Positions 1-10,432 of a stretch of DNA of 64,000 bases are shown here, piece by piece. Under the pieces are notes generated by a model that saw only the letters and a program-made list of their open reading frames with translations, had not been told where the DNA came from and ran no database searches. The stretch spans positions 1,568,001 through 1,632,000 of the forward strand of contig CBDCWC010000002.1 of NCBI GenBank assembly GCA_965223295.1, read 5' to 3'. Within the stretch, counting starts at the first letter, position 1. The number at the start of each line of letters is the position of its first letter. This DNA is from Nitrospirales bacterium (lineage in GTDB: Bacteria > Nitrospirota > Nitrospiria > Nitrospirales > UBA8639). Position numbers and translations under genes: made by a program.

Positions 1-1
1 A

Positions 2-1285
2 CCAAGTCCCATACAGTCCGAGACAGCCAGATTGCTTTGGGCTCGACAGGCTTATGTCCTGAACCTTCGAACCCAAGGCACACAGTCGGCAATGATCGAT
101 CAAGCCCTGCGAGCGAATCTCCATGCCGCTCCCATCCAACTCAAGGGCGTAACTGGCAGAGTGCATACCTTGACATTTGATCGTTCTGGCGATCACATCA
201 TTGGTGGAACAAGCAAAGGCACGATCCTCATATGGTCAATGACCAATCCTCTGAAATCCCCTCAAATGCTCACTGGACATTCTGCTGGTGTTTTATCCGT
301 CACGGTTAGTCCAAATGGACAACAACTGGCTTCTGGAAGCCTAGATTCCACTATTCGGCTCTGGGATCTTACGGAATCCCAAAAGCGGCCTCGTATTCTT
401 CAGGCACATATCAAAGGCATCACAAGTTTGGCTTTCCGCCCAGATGGGAAAGAACTCGCATCAGGGAGCCAAGACCACACCATTCGATTGTGGGATTTGA
501 CAAATGCCAAAGTACCCCAGGTGACACTAGGCACACATGCTGGCCGGGTCAATGCTATTGCCTATTCACCCGATGGCAAAGCACTCTTTTCTGGTGGCGA
601 CGATCTTAGCCTTCGTATGTGGGACCTCCAGCGAAAGGACGTCCCACCAAAAATTTGGCGAGGGCACCAACAAAGTATTTCGACAATCGCTATTCACCCG
701 TCAGGATGGACCGTGGCAACTGGCAGTCGGGATCGGAAAATTGGGCTATGGGACCTCCGCCAATCCTTAATTACTCCGACATTTTTACGAGGAGCTGAAG
801 GACGAATATCGGAAATCCAATTCAGTCCAGATGGAACCTCTTTGGCCTCGGTCAGTTCGGATAAAACCTTACGCATTTGGAACTGGGAGAAACCGGCCCA
901 GCCGCCAATCCAGTTTCCAAAACTCAAAGGAAATTTAGAAGCGTTGGCCATTAGCTCAGACGGACAAACTATTGCGGCGGGTGGGAGTAGCCAACGAGTG
1001 ACACTTTGGTCTGGAACAGAACAATTAGCTCATGCAGTATGCGATACCGCAAAAGAAAATCTTTCCTTTTCGGAATGGAAGAAAATCATAGGAGAGAAGA
1101 TCCCCTATGAACGAACTTGTCCTAATCTACCCATACACCCCTCATTTTTGGAAGAAGGAAAGCGATTAGCAAAAGAAGGATCTCGCGATCAGGCTGAATC
1201 TATATTTCAACGAGCCAAACAACTTGACCCGTTTTTAGAACTTGATCCTAAAGAAGAAGTAGAAAAGCTGTCTGCCAAATCCTGA
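2..1285 (+). CDS. WD40-repeat protein, C-terminal part (5'-truncated); tail resembles STAND NTPase-WD40 proteins, followed by a TPR-like helix pair
   Basis: Frame is open from base 2. About 7 GH...WD repeats (e.g. LTGHSAGVLSVTVSPNGQQLASGSLDSTIRLWD). Tail VCDTAKENLSFSEW...YERTCP. Confidence 0.85.
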   Translation, partial: PSPIQSETARLLWARQAYVLNLRTQGTQSAMIDQALRANLHAAPIQLKGVTGRVHTLTFDRSGDHIIGGTSKGTILIWSMTNPLKSPQMLTGHSAGVLSVTVSPNGQQLASGSLDSTIRLWDLTESQKRPRILQAHIKGITSLAFRPDGKELASGSQDHTIRLWDLTNAKVPQVTLGTHAGRVNAIAYSPDGKALFSGGDDLSLRMWDLQRKDVPPKIWRGHQQSISTIAIHPSGWTVATGSRDRKIGLWDLRQSLITPTFLRGAEGRISEIQFSPDGTSLASVSSDKTLRIWNWEKPAQPPIQFPKLKGNLEALAISSDGQTIAAGGSSQRVTLWSGTEQLAHAVCDTAKENLSFSEWKKIIGEKIPYERTCPNLPIHPSFLEEGKRLAKEGSRDQAESIFQRAKQLDPFLELDPKEEVEKLSAKS

Positions 1286-1455
1286 ATGCTCTTCAAATTC
1301 CGGGCCCGGCCATATTTTCCTTTACCCACCCTCTTCACACCTTCCAATCGAACAGGCTTCCTATTGAAGCTATTGATACATAAAGTTTTCTGGCATTGAT
1401 TCCCACTCTACCAACAGTAAGACTGTGGGCTATTCAGGAGTTAATTTCCATCTAA

Positions 1456-1646
1456 GGGTCTGCTGAAAAAATCCGTCAGCGGCGTTCTTGCCATTTTTCC
1501 GTACTCACGTAGTACCAGTACGCTCCACGCGAAAAAATGGCTGCGGCCTTGCTGAACGGACTTTTTTGAACCGACCCGAAGCTAATGGCCTCCAACGTCT
1601 TCCTGGCGAAACATGGTCTTCAGTATCCTCATTCTACATCGCTCTC
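1456..1646 (+). mobile_element. MITE family A copy 1 (191 bp)
   Basis: Starts GGGTCTGCTGAAAAA; internal inverted end TTTTGAACCGACCC finishing at 1577; degenerate outer end; direct repeat TCTAA at 1451-1455 and 1647-1651. Confidence 0.85.
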
Positions 1647-1743
1647 TCTAAGGATAACATGGAGCACTTGACGTTTGAATGTGATGTCTAAATTTCATCA
1701 TCATTGAATGGAACGATTCCTTGCTTGAACTTCGACGATTCCA

Positions 1744-3318
1744 TTAAGAGGAAACAGGTGTTTCCTGATGGCTTGTGACTTCTACTATAAGACTGTGTTT
1801 GCGAGAAGAACCGCTCAAGACAGGCTCTGATAAAAGGATATTTCGCAAGGCATAACATACATCGTTGTACTTTTTCCTACTCCATCCTCGTAGCCATAAC
1901 AGCCCTAATATCACCAGGACTATGGCAAGTAAATACAAGGGTTGCTGGACAACAACTAGGTTAATGAAATTTTCAAACATTCCCGGCAAGATATATTTCA
2001 GAGTTTTAGCCAGATAATGAAACGCTGCCCCGATTCCCTCTTGACTCATATTTGTTGAATGCACTGGCCAACTCCACAGCCACAAGGCAGCTCCCAGGAG
2101 AAAAAGAGACACATCCAAGAAAGCCCCATACAAGTAACTGCGCCACTTGGTCCATTTTTGCAATTGTTGTTGCAGCACTTCCCATTGAGAATGGTTCAAC
2201 GTGACGGTTTTCTCTGGTTTGCCTTCAGACACCACGGCAAATGAGGAAGGCAAATGACCGGGCGCATAATTGCCACTGAAGCGTACTATTCGTTCGAACA
2301 CACTCTGATGAATCTTGATGGGATTTGAGGAACTGATTCTCTCACGACAGAGATCAGCGATGTGGCGAGGATAGTAGCGCTAGAAGACTCCCAACCCGTT
2401 ACGTTCATTATAAAGTCGGCCATGTGGATTGGCTTTGGCATGCACCTCCTCCATTGCTCCGGGCTTGAGCGTCAAACCCAAGGGGATAGCCTTTGATAAC
2501 ATCCATTCGAGCGCGATGTGCGACAAGCCAGCTCGACCATATCCTCCCCCCACATTAGAATGAGCGCCCGCGAACCACACTTGTTCTACCTTCGTCGTTC
2601 CATCCTTTGGCTCTTTCCAGACTTTTGGTTCAAACGACAGTCGTTCGTCATCAATGGCCAAAGCCTGAAAGGCATGCTTCACGTTGCTGGTCAATTCATA
2701 CTGGTAAAAACGGTGTGCAAAGATCGTCTTGTCACAGAGCCAATCCAGCCCATGAAACAGTACATTTAATACGGGGCTCAGAATCCCCGCGATCCTCCAA
2801 TGTTGGGGGAATCCCAAGGCTGAGACTGTATCCCACACCCCTATGTAGGTTAGCTCTATGGCTCCGTGGTTGGGGAAAAGCAAGCCAGATTGTTTATGTT
2901 TGTAATGACAGTAGGCTTCCTTAATTTTCCCGTCTAATATTTCTTTATCCATATTCCGGCCATCTACAAGACCTGCCGCGGCAATCATCCCTGATAAGGC
3001 ACGAACTTCAGCAGCCCCGCGACTAAACCCAAATAGAAACACCCGATCTGGCGAGGTTTTTTGGTCACCTGGCTCATAATTTCTGGCCAAAAACTCATAC
3101 AGTTCCAGCACATTGCGTTTAAACCCAAAGCCAAACGCTCCCGTGAATGCCCGCCAATAGGCATTACTGGCAGTGCCGACGCCATTGTCATAATAGGTCC
3201 ATTGTGGCTTTGACGAATTATTTCGATCAATCAGGTGATAGGTCCGATACACATTCGAATCAGGAGTCGTACCACCCAGATTTCCCGTTCCATCCGCACA
3301 AAGAATGAGATTTTTCAT
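1744..3318 (-). pseudogene. DUF2235 / Tle1-like alpha/beta-hydrolase (phospholipase) with C-terminal TM helices, interrupted by an in-frame TAG at 2380-2382
   Basis: Motifs LILCADGTGN, GFSRGA, GVWDTV, QVWFAGAHSNVGGG. ORFs 2380..3336 and 1744..2301 share a frame and read GVF*RYYPRHI...KIHQSVFER...YAPGHLP. GGGAGG precedes the ATG at 3318. Confidence 0.85.
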
Positions 3319-3620
3319 GCCAGCCTCCCACGGCAAGTATGTTGGTCCTACTAATAGACTTTTCTACACATCCGTTGTCCATTCACCCTAGAAGCAATAG
3401 CAAGGTAAATGAAGATTTCTTCCAGCCGGATCTTGTCCCCATACACCTTGCTATGCATTGATTGAGCCAGAGAACTGTTAGCGGTTCGACTGCTGACGAT
3501 CTCCGGTGTCTCCGAAGTCAATACAATAGAACAACGTAAAAAACTCTGAGAACGTTCTCAATACCCTAATCTATTTCTGACATGTGGGAGATCATTTCGT
3601 TTTCCACAGTAGATTCATAT

Positions 3621-3762
3621 GGGCACCTCTAAAAAACCGATGATTTTTTCCGAGGGTAAGGAAGCGGCGCGCGGAAAACCGCAGTTTATGGGCCAATACA
3701 TGAGGATTTGTGCACGCGGCTGACGCGGCCATCGGGAAAAAGGACAGTTTTTAGAGGTTCCC
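3621..3762. mobile_element. MITE family B copy 1 (142 bp)
   Basis: Terminal inverted repeats GGGCACCTCTAAAAA / TTTTTAGAGGTTCCC; flanked by ATAT...ATAT; homologous to 47566-47744. Confidence 0.8.
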
Positions 3763-3774
3763 ATATGCAAATTA

Positions 3775-3935
3775 CTGAAGATACATACCATGCAGCAATT
3801 CTAGATGTCCGTTCACGATTACCTAGCAAAGCAGAAAGGAATAGCTTCTTAAACATCGGGAGATAGCACTTCGACATGAGTCTTATAGGTGGAATTTGTA
3901 TCTATTTAGATAAAAAGACGTATCTGTATAGATAC
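3775..3935 (-). promoter_or_regulatory. Tandem palindromic boxes plus degenerate sigma54-like promoter upstream of the DUF2235 gene
   Basis: GTATCTATTTAGATAA (3898-3913) and GTATCTGTATAGATAC (3920-3935). Minus-strand TGGTATGTATCTTCAG at 3790-3775, where the -12 element deviates (TTCA). Confidence 0.55.
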
Positions 3936-4541
3936 AATACTTCATGACATTTAAGATCGCGATTTGCGCATTGCGTTGAAGCCATCAACTGTGCCTGTGG
4001 CAATCAGTAGAAAACGTACCAATCTGTCCCCTAACCTTCCTAAAAACAAAGGTATTCATTTCTTTTCAAAGACAAGGCTCCTCGCATGGATGCGAAGAAC
4101 GTTCTGGCACCATTCTCTGTTCCTTTCCTGATGAGACTGAAAAGGCTATTTGAAAGAATATGAGTACTCGAGTACTAGTAAGCAGGACAACTGGGAGATT
4201 TAGTTTATAGCGTGAACGACTTTGAGAGAAATTCACACCGCCAGCTTATGAATATCCCTCTTGAAGAGCTATTGTCGCTCATTCCTTATTCATTAGGAAA
4301 GAAACACTGGCTAGCTTGTAGCAGATCTACAAGAAATTGAGGTGAACAGGAAGCTGTAAATTCAAAAATGAAGGAGAACCATCGCTACATTTTACGCAAG
4401 GCTAATACAATGATGGAGCTAAGCCATCCAAGAAAGAGGATGTTCATAAAAAATCCTTCCATTCTTTACTTATCGGTAGACGGTTTCATTACCTTAAGTT
4501 TTGTCTTGTTATCGCTCATTGTTATCGATTGGTTAGACACG

Positions 4542-4732
4542 GGGTCGGTTGAAAAAAGACGCCAGCGGCGTTCTCGCCATTGTTCCGTGCTCACATAGGA
4601 CCAGTACGCTCCGCGCGGCAAAATGGCTACGGCCTTGCTGGACGAACCTTTTTTAACTGGCCCGGAACCTCTGGTGGTCCGTAACGTCATGGTGCAATAT
4701 GGTCTTCAATATCGTCATTATTCAACAGTTCC
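4542..4732 (+). mobile_element. MITE family A copy 2 (191 bp)
   Basis: GGGTCGGTTGAAAAAA...TTATTCAACAGTTCC; same core sequence; flanks only partly duplicated (ACACG/ACAAT). Confidence 0.85.
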
Positions 4733-4805
4733 ACAATCGTTCCAGAACAAACATTTGAGACTGAATTACAGCCAAAAAGGAGAAAGAGGCAGGAGAAAAG
4801 ATAAG

Positions 4806-6020
4806 CTAATGAACTGAGGGAACGGGCAACCCTGCAATGTGATCTAACAGTTCACCTGCGAGTTGGCGTTTGGACATGCGAGGCAGATGAACAGGAGAGG
4901 CATCAGGAGTCAAGAGAATGACGGTGTTATCATCCCGACCAAATGCTGATTCTGAGCCGCCAACTTGATTCACAACAAGCAGATCAAGATTTTTCGCTGT
5001 CAATTTGGCCTGTCCATTCTTGATCATATTCTCAGTTTCAGCCGCAAATCCAACGAGGCGTTGATGGGTACGCTGCGCGGACAGGGTCAATAAAATATCC
5101 GGCGTCCGCTCCAGGTGAAGCGATTCTCCATTCCATTGGTTCTTCTTTACTTTGTGTCTATGCGATTCTTTTGAACGAAAATCTCCAACAGCTGCAGACA
5201 TAATAAGGGTAGTGGCCCAATCGAAACGCGCCGTCATGGCCTGTAACATCTCATCCGCCGTGACGACAGGCACTCGCGTCACTCCTGAAGGGCAATCAAG
5301 CTTGGTGGGGCCCGAAACTAATACAACCTCAGCGCCTCGTGCGGCAGCCACTTCAGCCATAGCATAACCCATTTTCCCAGATGAGCCATTGCTGATAAAT
5401 CGAACAGGATCTATAGGTTCCTGCGTGGGACCCGCAGATATTAACACTCGCTCACCTTGCCAATCTTTTCGAGTGTGGAGAATCTGCTGCAAGGTAGACC
5501 AAATAGTTTCTTCAGAAGCCAGCCGCCCCTGCCCCCATTGCCCAGAAGCCAATTCACCACGTTCTGGTTCTACAATGACAGCTCCCCGGCTCCGCAATGT
5601 CTCGACATGCGCCTGCACGGAGGGATGAGACCACATGTCTCCATCCATAGCAGGACAAACCACCATGGGACATTGCAGGGTCAGCGCCATCGTGCCCAAA
5701 ACATCGTCAGCCAATCCTAACGCCAATTTGGCAAGCGTATTAGCCGTACATGGTGCTACGACTAACAAATTGGCTTGATCGGTCAACGAAAGATGCTTCA
5801 TGTCCTGATGACCAGAAAAGAGATCCTTGGTCACAGGCGAGCCGGATAAGACTTCAAATGTCAGCGGAGTCACAAATTGTGTGGCAGATTCTGTCATCAC
5901 CACATGGACAGTCATCCCTTTCTGGGTCAGCAATCGCAACAGTCCTACGGCTTTATAGGCAGCGATACTTCCCGTTACAGCCAGGACAACTCGTTGATCG
6001 ACCATTTGAAAATCAGGCAT
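4806..6020 (-). CDS. coaBC: Phosphopantothenoylcysteine decarboxylase/ligase
   Basis: VTGSIAAYK, APCTANTLAK, AGPTQEPIDPVRFISNGSSGKMG and GFAAET motifs. Confidence 0.97.
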   Translation of the reverse strand: MPDFQMVDQRVVLAVTGSIAAYKAVGLLRLLTQKGMTVHVVMTESATQFVTPLTFEVLSGSPVTKDLFSGHQDMKHLSLTDQANLLVVAPCTANTLAKLALGLADDVLGTMALTLQCPMVVCPAMDGDMWSHPSVQAHVETLRSRGAVIVEPERGELASGQWGQGRLASEETIWSTLQQILHTRKDWQGERVLISAGPTQEPIDPVRFISNGSSGKMGYAMAEVAAARGAEVVLVSGPTKLDCPSGVTRVPVVTADEMLQAMTARFDWATTLIMSAAVGDFRSKESHRHKVKKNQWNGESLHLERTPDILLTLSAQRTHQRLVGFAAETENMIKNGQAKLTAKNLDLLVVNQVGGSESAFGRDDNTVILLTPDASPVHLPRMSKRQLAGELLDHIAGLPVPSVH

Positions 6021-6039
6021 GGATCAGGTTCACAATTTC

Positions 6040-6411
6040 TTACTCATCCGATTGTGGTTCAGCTTCGGCTACGCCGTGTTGAGCAGTATCATCAATATAC
6101 ACACTCAACTCTTTCTTAATTTCTTGGGCATTCTCATCAGGCGGCGCATACAGTGCTGGATCAATTGGTCGTTGACTTGCTATTCTCGCATCACGAATAG
6201 CCTGTTTGGCTTCTTGCCCAGTCAAATACGGGACATTTCCTCCCAACACTTCTTCAAGCGCAACGGAAGTGTCTTTCGCAAACTTGCTGCTCTCAGACGA
6301 CTCTGCTCCACGGACCAACTGCTTGGCTCGCTGAGCGGCTATCAACACGATCCTATAGCGAGAATCAAATTCTTTTTGATGATGTTGAGGCAATAACGAC
6401 AATGCATCCAT
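6040..6411 (-). CDS. rpoZ: RNA polymerase omega subunit
   Basis: SRYRIVLIAAQRAKQL...ALEE motif; gmk-rpoZ-coaBC synteny. Confidence 0.93.
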   Translation of the reverse strand: MDALSLLPQHHQKEFDSRYRIVLIAAQRAKQLVRGAESSESSKFAKDTSVALEEVLGGNVPYLTGQEAKQAIRDARIASQRPIDPALYAPPDENAQEIKKELSVYIDDTAQHGVAEAEPQSDE

Positions 6412-6489
6412 CCACTCACCTTTGTCCTTTCTCGAGAGTTCTCAATCTGATTAATACCTATCAGGCGACAACACGGCTATGACACAATT

Positions 6490-7095
6490 TTATCGAAACA
6501 CTTGGGCTGGGTCTACATGGACCGTTCGTACTCGTTCACTAACAATCACGGCTCGCAATTCACGAATGGCCTGCTCAAGCGTTTCATTGCGAATAGTATA
6601 TTGATATTCTACATAGCATTTCATTTCCTCCTGAGATTGTTGAAACCGTCGCTCTTGTTCCTCAGAAGAATCCGTCGCGCGTTTAGCGAGCCGAGCCCGC
6701 AAGGTCTCTAATGAGGGAGGGAGTATGAAAATCGTCACCGCCTTCTGCAATGTTTTCATGACTTGCCGGGCGCCTTGCACATCAATATCCAATAAAATAT
6801 CGGTATGGGATTCATGCTCCTGCTCTAATTCTTTCCATGGCGTACCGTATAAGCGCCCATAGACTTCTGCCCATTCAGCAAAGGCATGCTCAGATATTTT
6901 TTTCCGAAATTCGTCTTCAGGAATAAATCGGTACTCTTTCCCATCTGTTTCGCCGGACCGAGGCGGCCGAGTGGTATAAGAGACGGACAAGCGAATATCT
7001 GGCATATCCTGCAAGATATGACGGCAAAGCGTGGATTTACCTACTCCCGAGGGTCCCGACACGATAACCAGCAATTTTTTACCTTCTACAGACAT
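6490..7095 (-). CDS. gmk: Guanylate kinase
   Basis: SGPSGVGKST, SYTTRPPR, YGT and LDIDVQG motifs. Confidence 0.97.
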   Translation of the reverse strand: MSVEGKKLLVIVSGPSGVGKSTLCRHILQDMPDIRLSVSYTTRPPRSGETDGKEYRFIPEDEFRKKISEHAFAEWAEVYGRLYGTPWKELEQEHESHTDILLDIDVQGARQVMKTLQKAVTIFILPPSLETLRARLAKRATDSSEEQERRFQQSQEEMKCYVEYQYTIRNETLEQAIRELRAVIVSERVRTVHVDPAQVFR

Positions 7096-7128
7096 GCTGG
7101 CTCACTCACCATGCATTGCTGACATGAG

Positions 7129-8007
7129 CTATTCAATGTTTTGCACCTGTTCTCGAATCTTTTCCAATTCGCTTTTCAATTCCACCACCTCAGCAGAAAT
7201 TTCTCCATCATTGGCTTTGGAACCAATTGTATTCACTTCCCTGCCCATTTCCTGAAGAAGAAAATCAAGTCGTTTGCCCACAGGACCTTTGGTTTTTAGT
7301 CCGGCACGGAATTGCAGGAGATGGCTTTGCAGTCTCGTAAGCTCTTCCGTCACATCAGAGCGTTCCGCCAACATTGCAATTTCCTGAGCTAATCGATCCA
7401 TATTGACCGTCTGGCCTTCTAATAACTTTTCAACTCGCCCCTTCAGACGTACTCCGGAAGCCTTCAAGGCTATAGGTATACGTTCTTGAACCGTGCGAAG
7501 ACGTCCTTCAATCATCCGTATGCGTTGCGTCAAATCCTTTTGTAAAAGAACGCCTTCCTTTCTTCGCATTTTTTCTAAATCGCCCAACGCCTTTTTGGTG
7601 AGACCGGTCACAATCATTGGCATATCTTTGATTGGCGAGGTATCTTCATGGAACGAAAATAAATCACGGAAACCAGCTACGGCATTGACATCAATAGTCC
7701 CACTTAATCGACATTCGCGCTGCAACGCTTGCAAGCCCTGTATGTACCGGCGGGCTAGATCTTTGTCCAATTGGACAGTTTTTTTCGTACCGGACCCTCC
7801 ACCATTGACCGTAACCATCAACTCAATCCGTCCTCGTTCACAAATTTGTTTGACTTCTTCCTTGAGAGCCAACTCCATACTCGAGAGAGTTTTCGGAAGC
7901 CGCGCCAGGATTTCGCAGAATCGGTGATTGACTGAGCGAATTTCCACTCCTACCATCGTTCCCTTGGAGAGCGTTTCTCGTTTTCCAAATCCTGTCATAC
8001 TTTTCAT
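7129..8007 (-). CDS. yicC: YicC/YloC family endoribonuclease
   Basis: MKSMTGFG start (ATGA overlap with the nth stop); EIRSVNHRF; GKRLDFLLQEMGREVNTIGSK; EKIREQVQNIE. Confidence 0.95.
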   Translation of the reverse strand: MKSMTGFGKRETLSKGTMVGVEIRSVNHRFCEILARLPKTLSSMELALKEEVKQICERGRIELMVTVNGGGSGTKKTVQLDKDLARRYIQGLQALQRECRLSGTIDVNAVAGFRDLFSFHEDTSPIKDMPMIVTGLTKKALGDLEKMRRKEGVLLQKDLTQRIRMIEGRLRTVQERIPIALKASGVRLKGRVEKLLEGQTVNMDRLAQEIAMLAERSDVTEELTRLQSHLLQFRAGLKTKGPVGKRLDFLLQEMGREVNTIGSKANDGEISAEVVELKSELEKIREQVQNIE

Positions 8008-8699
8008 AGTATCTGTCGCTTTCCTTCCCATTCGCAATCGTCATAGAGCACGCACTGCTCGCAATGGGGCGTTCTTGCCTGACAAACATGACGCCCGTGT
8101 AAGAGAATACGTTGTGCACCGAGAGTCCATTGAGTTTGTGCCATAAGAGATTGAAGGTCCTCTTCGATTTTTGTTGGATCTTGACTTCTCGTCAAGCCCA
8201 AACGATTGGCAACCCGTTTGACATGGGTATCGACGACTACCGCTGGCTTTCCAAAATACGTCCCCAGAATAACATTAGCGGTCTTACGGCCAACACCGGG
8301 TAATGTCGTCAACTCTTCCATTGATTCCGGAATGTTCCCATCAAAATGCTTAATCAAGGCTCTTGCACATCCAATGAGATTCCGAGCCTTACTTTTAAAA
8401 AACCCTGTAGATCTGATGAGAGTTTCTAATTCAGCCTGATCAGCAGATGCAAAGTCTTCCGTCGTACGATACCGTGCAAATAGTTTTGGTGTGACTTGAT
8501 TAACCCGTTCATCCGTACATTGAGCAGACAAGATTGTTGCCACCAGTAACTCAAAGGCATTACTTGAATCTAATGCGACTTTGGCAAGAGGAATAGATTT
8601 TTGCAATCTCCCCAGAATCCGCGTGACACGTTTTCTGGCAGCAGCAAGGGTTCGCTGTGGACGACATTGACCTTTGAGAGACACGTTTCGAGAGGCCAC
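8004..8699 (-). CDS. nth: Endonuclease III
   Basis: ILSAQCTD, HhH LPGVGRKTANV, VDTHV, and a C-X6-C-X2-C-X5-C FeS motif. Confidence 0.96.
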   Translation of the reverse strand: MASRNVSLKGQCRPQRTLAAARKRVTRILGRLQKSIPLAKVALDSSNAFELLVATILSAQCTDERVNQVTPKLFARYRTTEDFASADQAELETLIRSTGFFKSKARNLIGCARALIKHFDGNIPESMEELTTLPGVGRKTANVILGTYFGKPAVVVDTHVKRVANRLGLTRSQDPTKIEEDLQSLMAQTQWTLGAQRILLHGRHVCQARTPHCEQCVLYDDCEWEGKRQIL

Positions 8700-8704
8700 C
8701 GTTC

Positions 8705-10408
8705 TTATCCAACGCCATGGGCTAATGTCACAGGATCAATCGGGCCGCTCGCGCGTGTCTCTCGAAATTGGGAATGGGATCTTTCTACGTGAAGCAGTAA
8801 GTGCTCAATCTTCTGCTGAATGAGTTGAAGGGACGTCTCCTCTCGCGCAGATCCACCAATCCCTTCATACCGGCTGCACAACCGCTGCATGTTTTCGATG
8901 TCCAGAAGATCTCCTTTATTGAAAAACCGAAGGCAAGGAATATGTTGAAAACCCAATTCTGTCAGAATCTGTTCCACGGCTGTGATGTGTTGTTCAGGGT
9001 TTTTGGCATGAGCATCCACCACGTGAATCAGAACATCGGCCTCCTCCAACTCTTGTAGTGTCGTGTGAAATGCGGCCACTAAGTCTTTAGGTAAATCTCT
9101 GATGAATCCAACTGTATCTGTCAAAATCACTTCTCCTACTCTTGAAAGGCACCAGCTCCGACTCACGGTATCCAAGGTTTCAAACACGCGATTTCTCACA
9201 GACACATGACTGTCTGTCAACGCATTAAACAAGGTAGATTTTCCAGCATTCGTATAGCCGATAATAGAAACAACCGGCAGCCCACGTTTGACTCGCCGCT
9301 TCCGCTGTTCATGCCGACCTTGCCCAATCGCCTTGAGGTCTCGTTCTAAATGTTGAATGCGCTCACGAATACGGCGCCGATCCGTTTCTAACTTTGTTTC
9401 TCCCGGCCCTCGAGTGCCAATGCCACCAGCCAGGCGAGAAAAAGCCGTGCTTGACTGCGCCAATCGAGGCAATCGATATCGCAATTGCGCCAACTCCACT
9501 TGAATATTCCCAATATGAGAATGCGCTCGCTTCGCGAAAATATCAAGAATGACTTGTGAACGATCCAATACTCGGATATCCGTCAGTTCAGAAAGTCCTC
9601 GTACCTGCGCTGGGGTCAAGTCCTGGTCAAAAATTAACATGTCTGCGCCCGACTGCAATGCTTGAATGGCTAACTCTTTCATTTTCCCTGAACCCACAAC
9701 ATATTTGGGATGAATAGAAGCCGGACGCTGCGTCACGCATCCTAAGACTTCGACATCTTGCGCCCTGACCAATTCCTGCAGTTCGTCGAGGCGCTCTTGT
9801 TGAAACGCCACATGGCCCATCCCGACACTGACTAACAGGGCCCGCCCCTCTCGTATACCTTCTCTGGAACTTTGGCAACCCTTCAGGATATCCTGCTCGA
9901 GTAACTGGATGAACTCTTGACAGTTCATGTGAAACGAATGAAAAGCACATGGCGCTAATTGCAGATAGGCATGACCGTTAGCAGAGTTCGGGACATTATG
10001 CGCCACATAAACATCCTGCAATCCACCTGACTTGTTCACTCCCAACGCCATCATGAGATCCAGACGCAAGAGTGCTAAGTCGGTCAGATCATCTTGCGTC
10101 AGGGGTTGATTATTCAGATGAGTATGCACCAAACGCACACCACGCAACAATCGCAGACCGGAACGAGTTCTGGATAAATGTGGAATCACCAACTCATGAT
10201 CATTGCCAATTATGACCGAGTCCACTTGCCCCCGCCGATCCACTAATAAGCCTATTTGTCGACGCGTTTCAAACGTCAAGTCTGCACATTCCCGGGCCAC
10301 ATCTACCGTGACAACTTTTTCAGGAGGGATGCGCCGCCGATACAGTCGTTCGATGCGACTGACAAAATTGGCCTTTAACCCGTGGAGATTGCCGAATACC
10401 TGTGGGAT
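8705..10408 (-). CDS. hflX: Ribosome-associated GTPase HflX (long form); probable ATC start at 10408
   Basis: GTRGPGETKLE, GYTNAGKSTL and DTVGFI motifs. Frame stays open upstream of the GTG at 10300 through IPQVFGNLHGLK...LYRRRIPP. AGGAGA lies 6 nt before ATC. Confidence 0.9.
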   Translation of the reverse strand: MPQVFGNLHGLKANFVSRIERLYRRRIPPEKVVTVDVARECADLTFETRRQIGLLVDRRGQVDSVIIGNDHELVIPHLSRTRSGLRLLRGVRLVHTHLNNQPLTQDDLTDLALLRLDLMMALGVNKSGGLQDVYVAHNVPNSANGHAYLQLAPCAFHSFHMNCQEFIQLLEQDILKGCQSSREGIREGRALLVSVGMGHVAFQQERLDELQELVRAQDVEVLGCVTQRPASIHPKYVVGSGKMKELAIQALQSGADMLIFDQDLTPAQVRGLSELTDIRVLDRSQVILDIFAKRAHSHIGNIQVELAQLRYRLPRLAQSSTAFSRLAGGIGTRGPGETKLETDRRRIRERIQHLERDLKAIGQGRHEQRKRRVKRGLPVVSIIGYTNAGKSTLFNALTDSHVSVRNRVFETLDTVSRSWCLSRVGEVILTDTVGFIRDLPKDLVAAFHTTLQELEEADVLIHVVDAHAKNPEQHITAVEQILTELGFQHIPCLRFFNKGDLLDIENMQRLCSRYEGIGGSAREETSLQLIQQKIEHLLLHVERSHSQFRETRASGPIDPVTLAHGVG

Positions 10409-10432
10409 GCTCTGTCTCCTTTTCAGATTTCT

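Noticed and set aside
1488-1691. Short ORFs over MITEs (also 3686, 4466, 4623, 36352, 40388, 40488, 46150, 46382, 47496, 47572, 53311, 56408, 56412, 56478)
   Set aside because: Spurious translations of the repeats (LLKKAASGV, SVQQGRSHF, ACAKPLRRRQ); frames are not conserved among copies.
2380-2382. Pyrrolysine or genome-wide amber recoding
   Set aside because: TAG ends normal genes here (tsaD, nrdR, arsC-like) and no pyl genes are in the window.
3454-3469. Alternative sigma54-like site TGGCTCAATCAATGCA (minus strand)
   Set aside because: It fits GG-N10-GC but lies ~430 bp from the boxes; it cannot be distinguished from chance, so it is not called.
3940-4540. AT-rich gap, 76-aa ORF at 4368 and palindrome AGTACTCGAGTACT
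   Set aside because: No recognisable protein or RNA motif; the ORF ends in a MITE.
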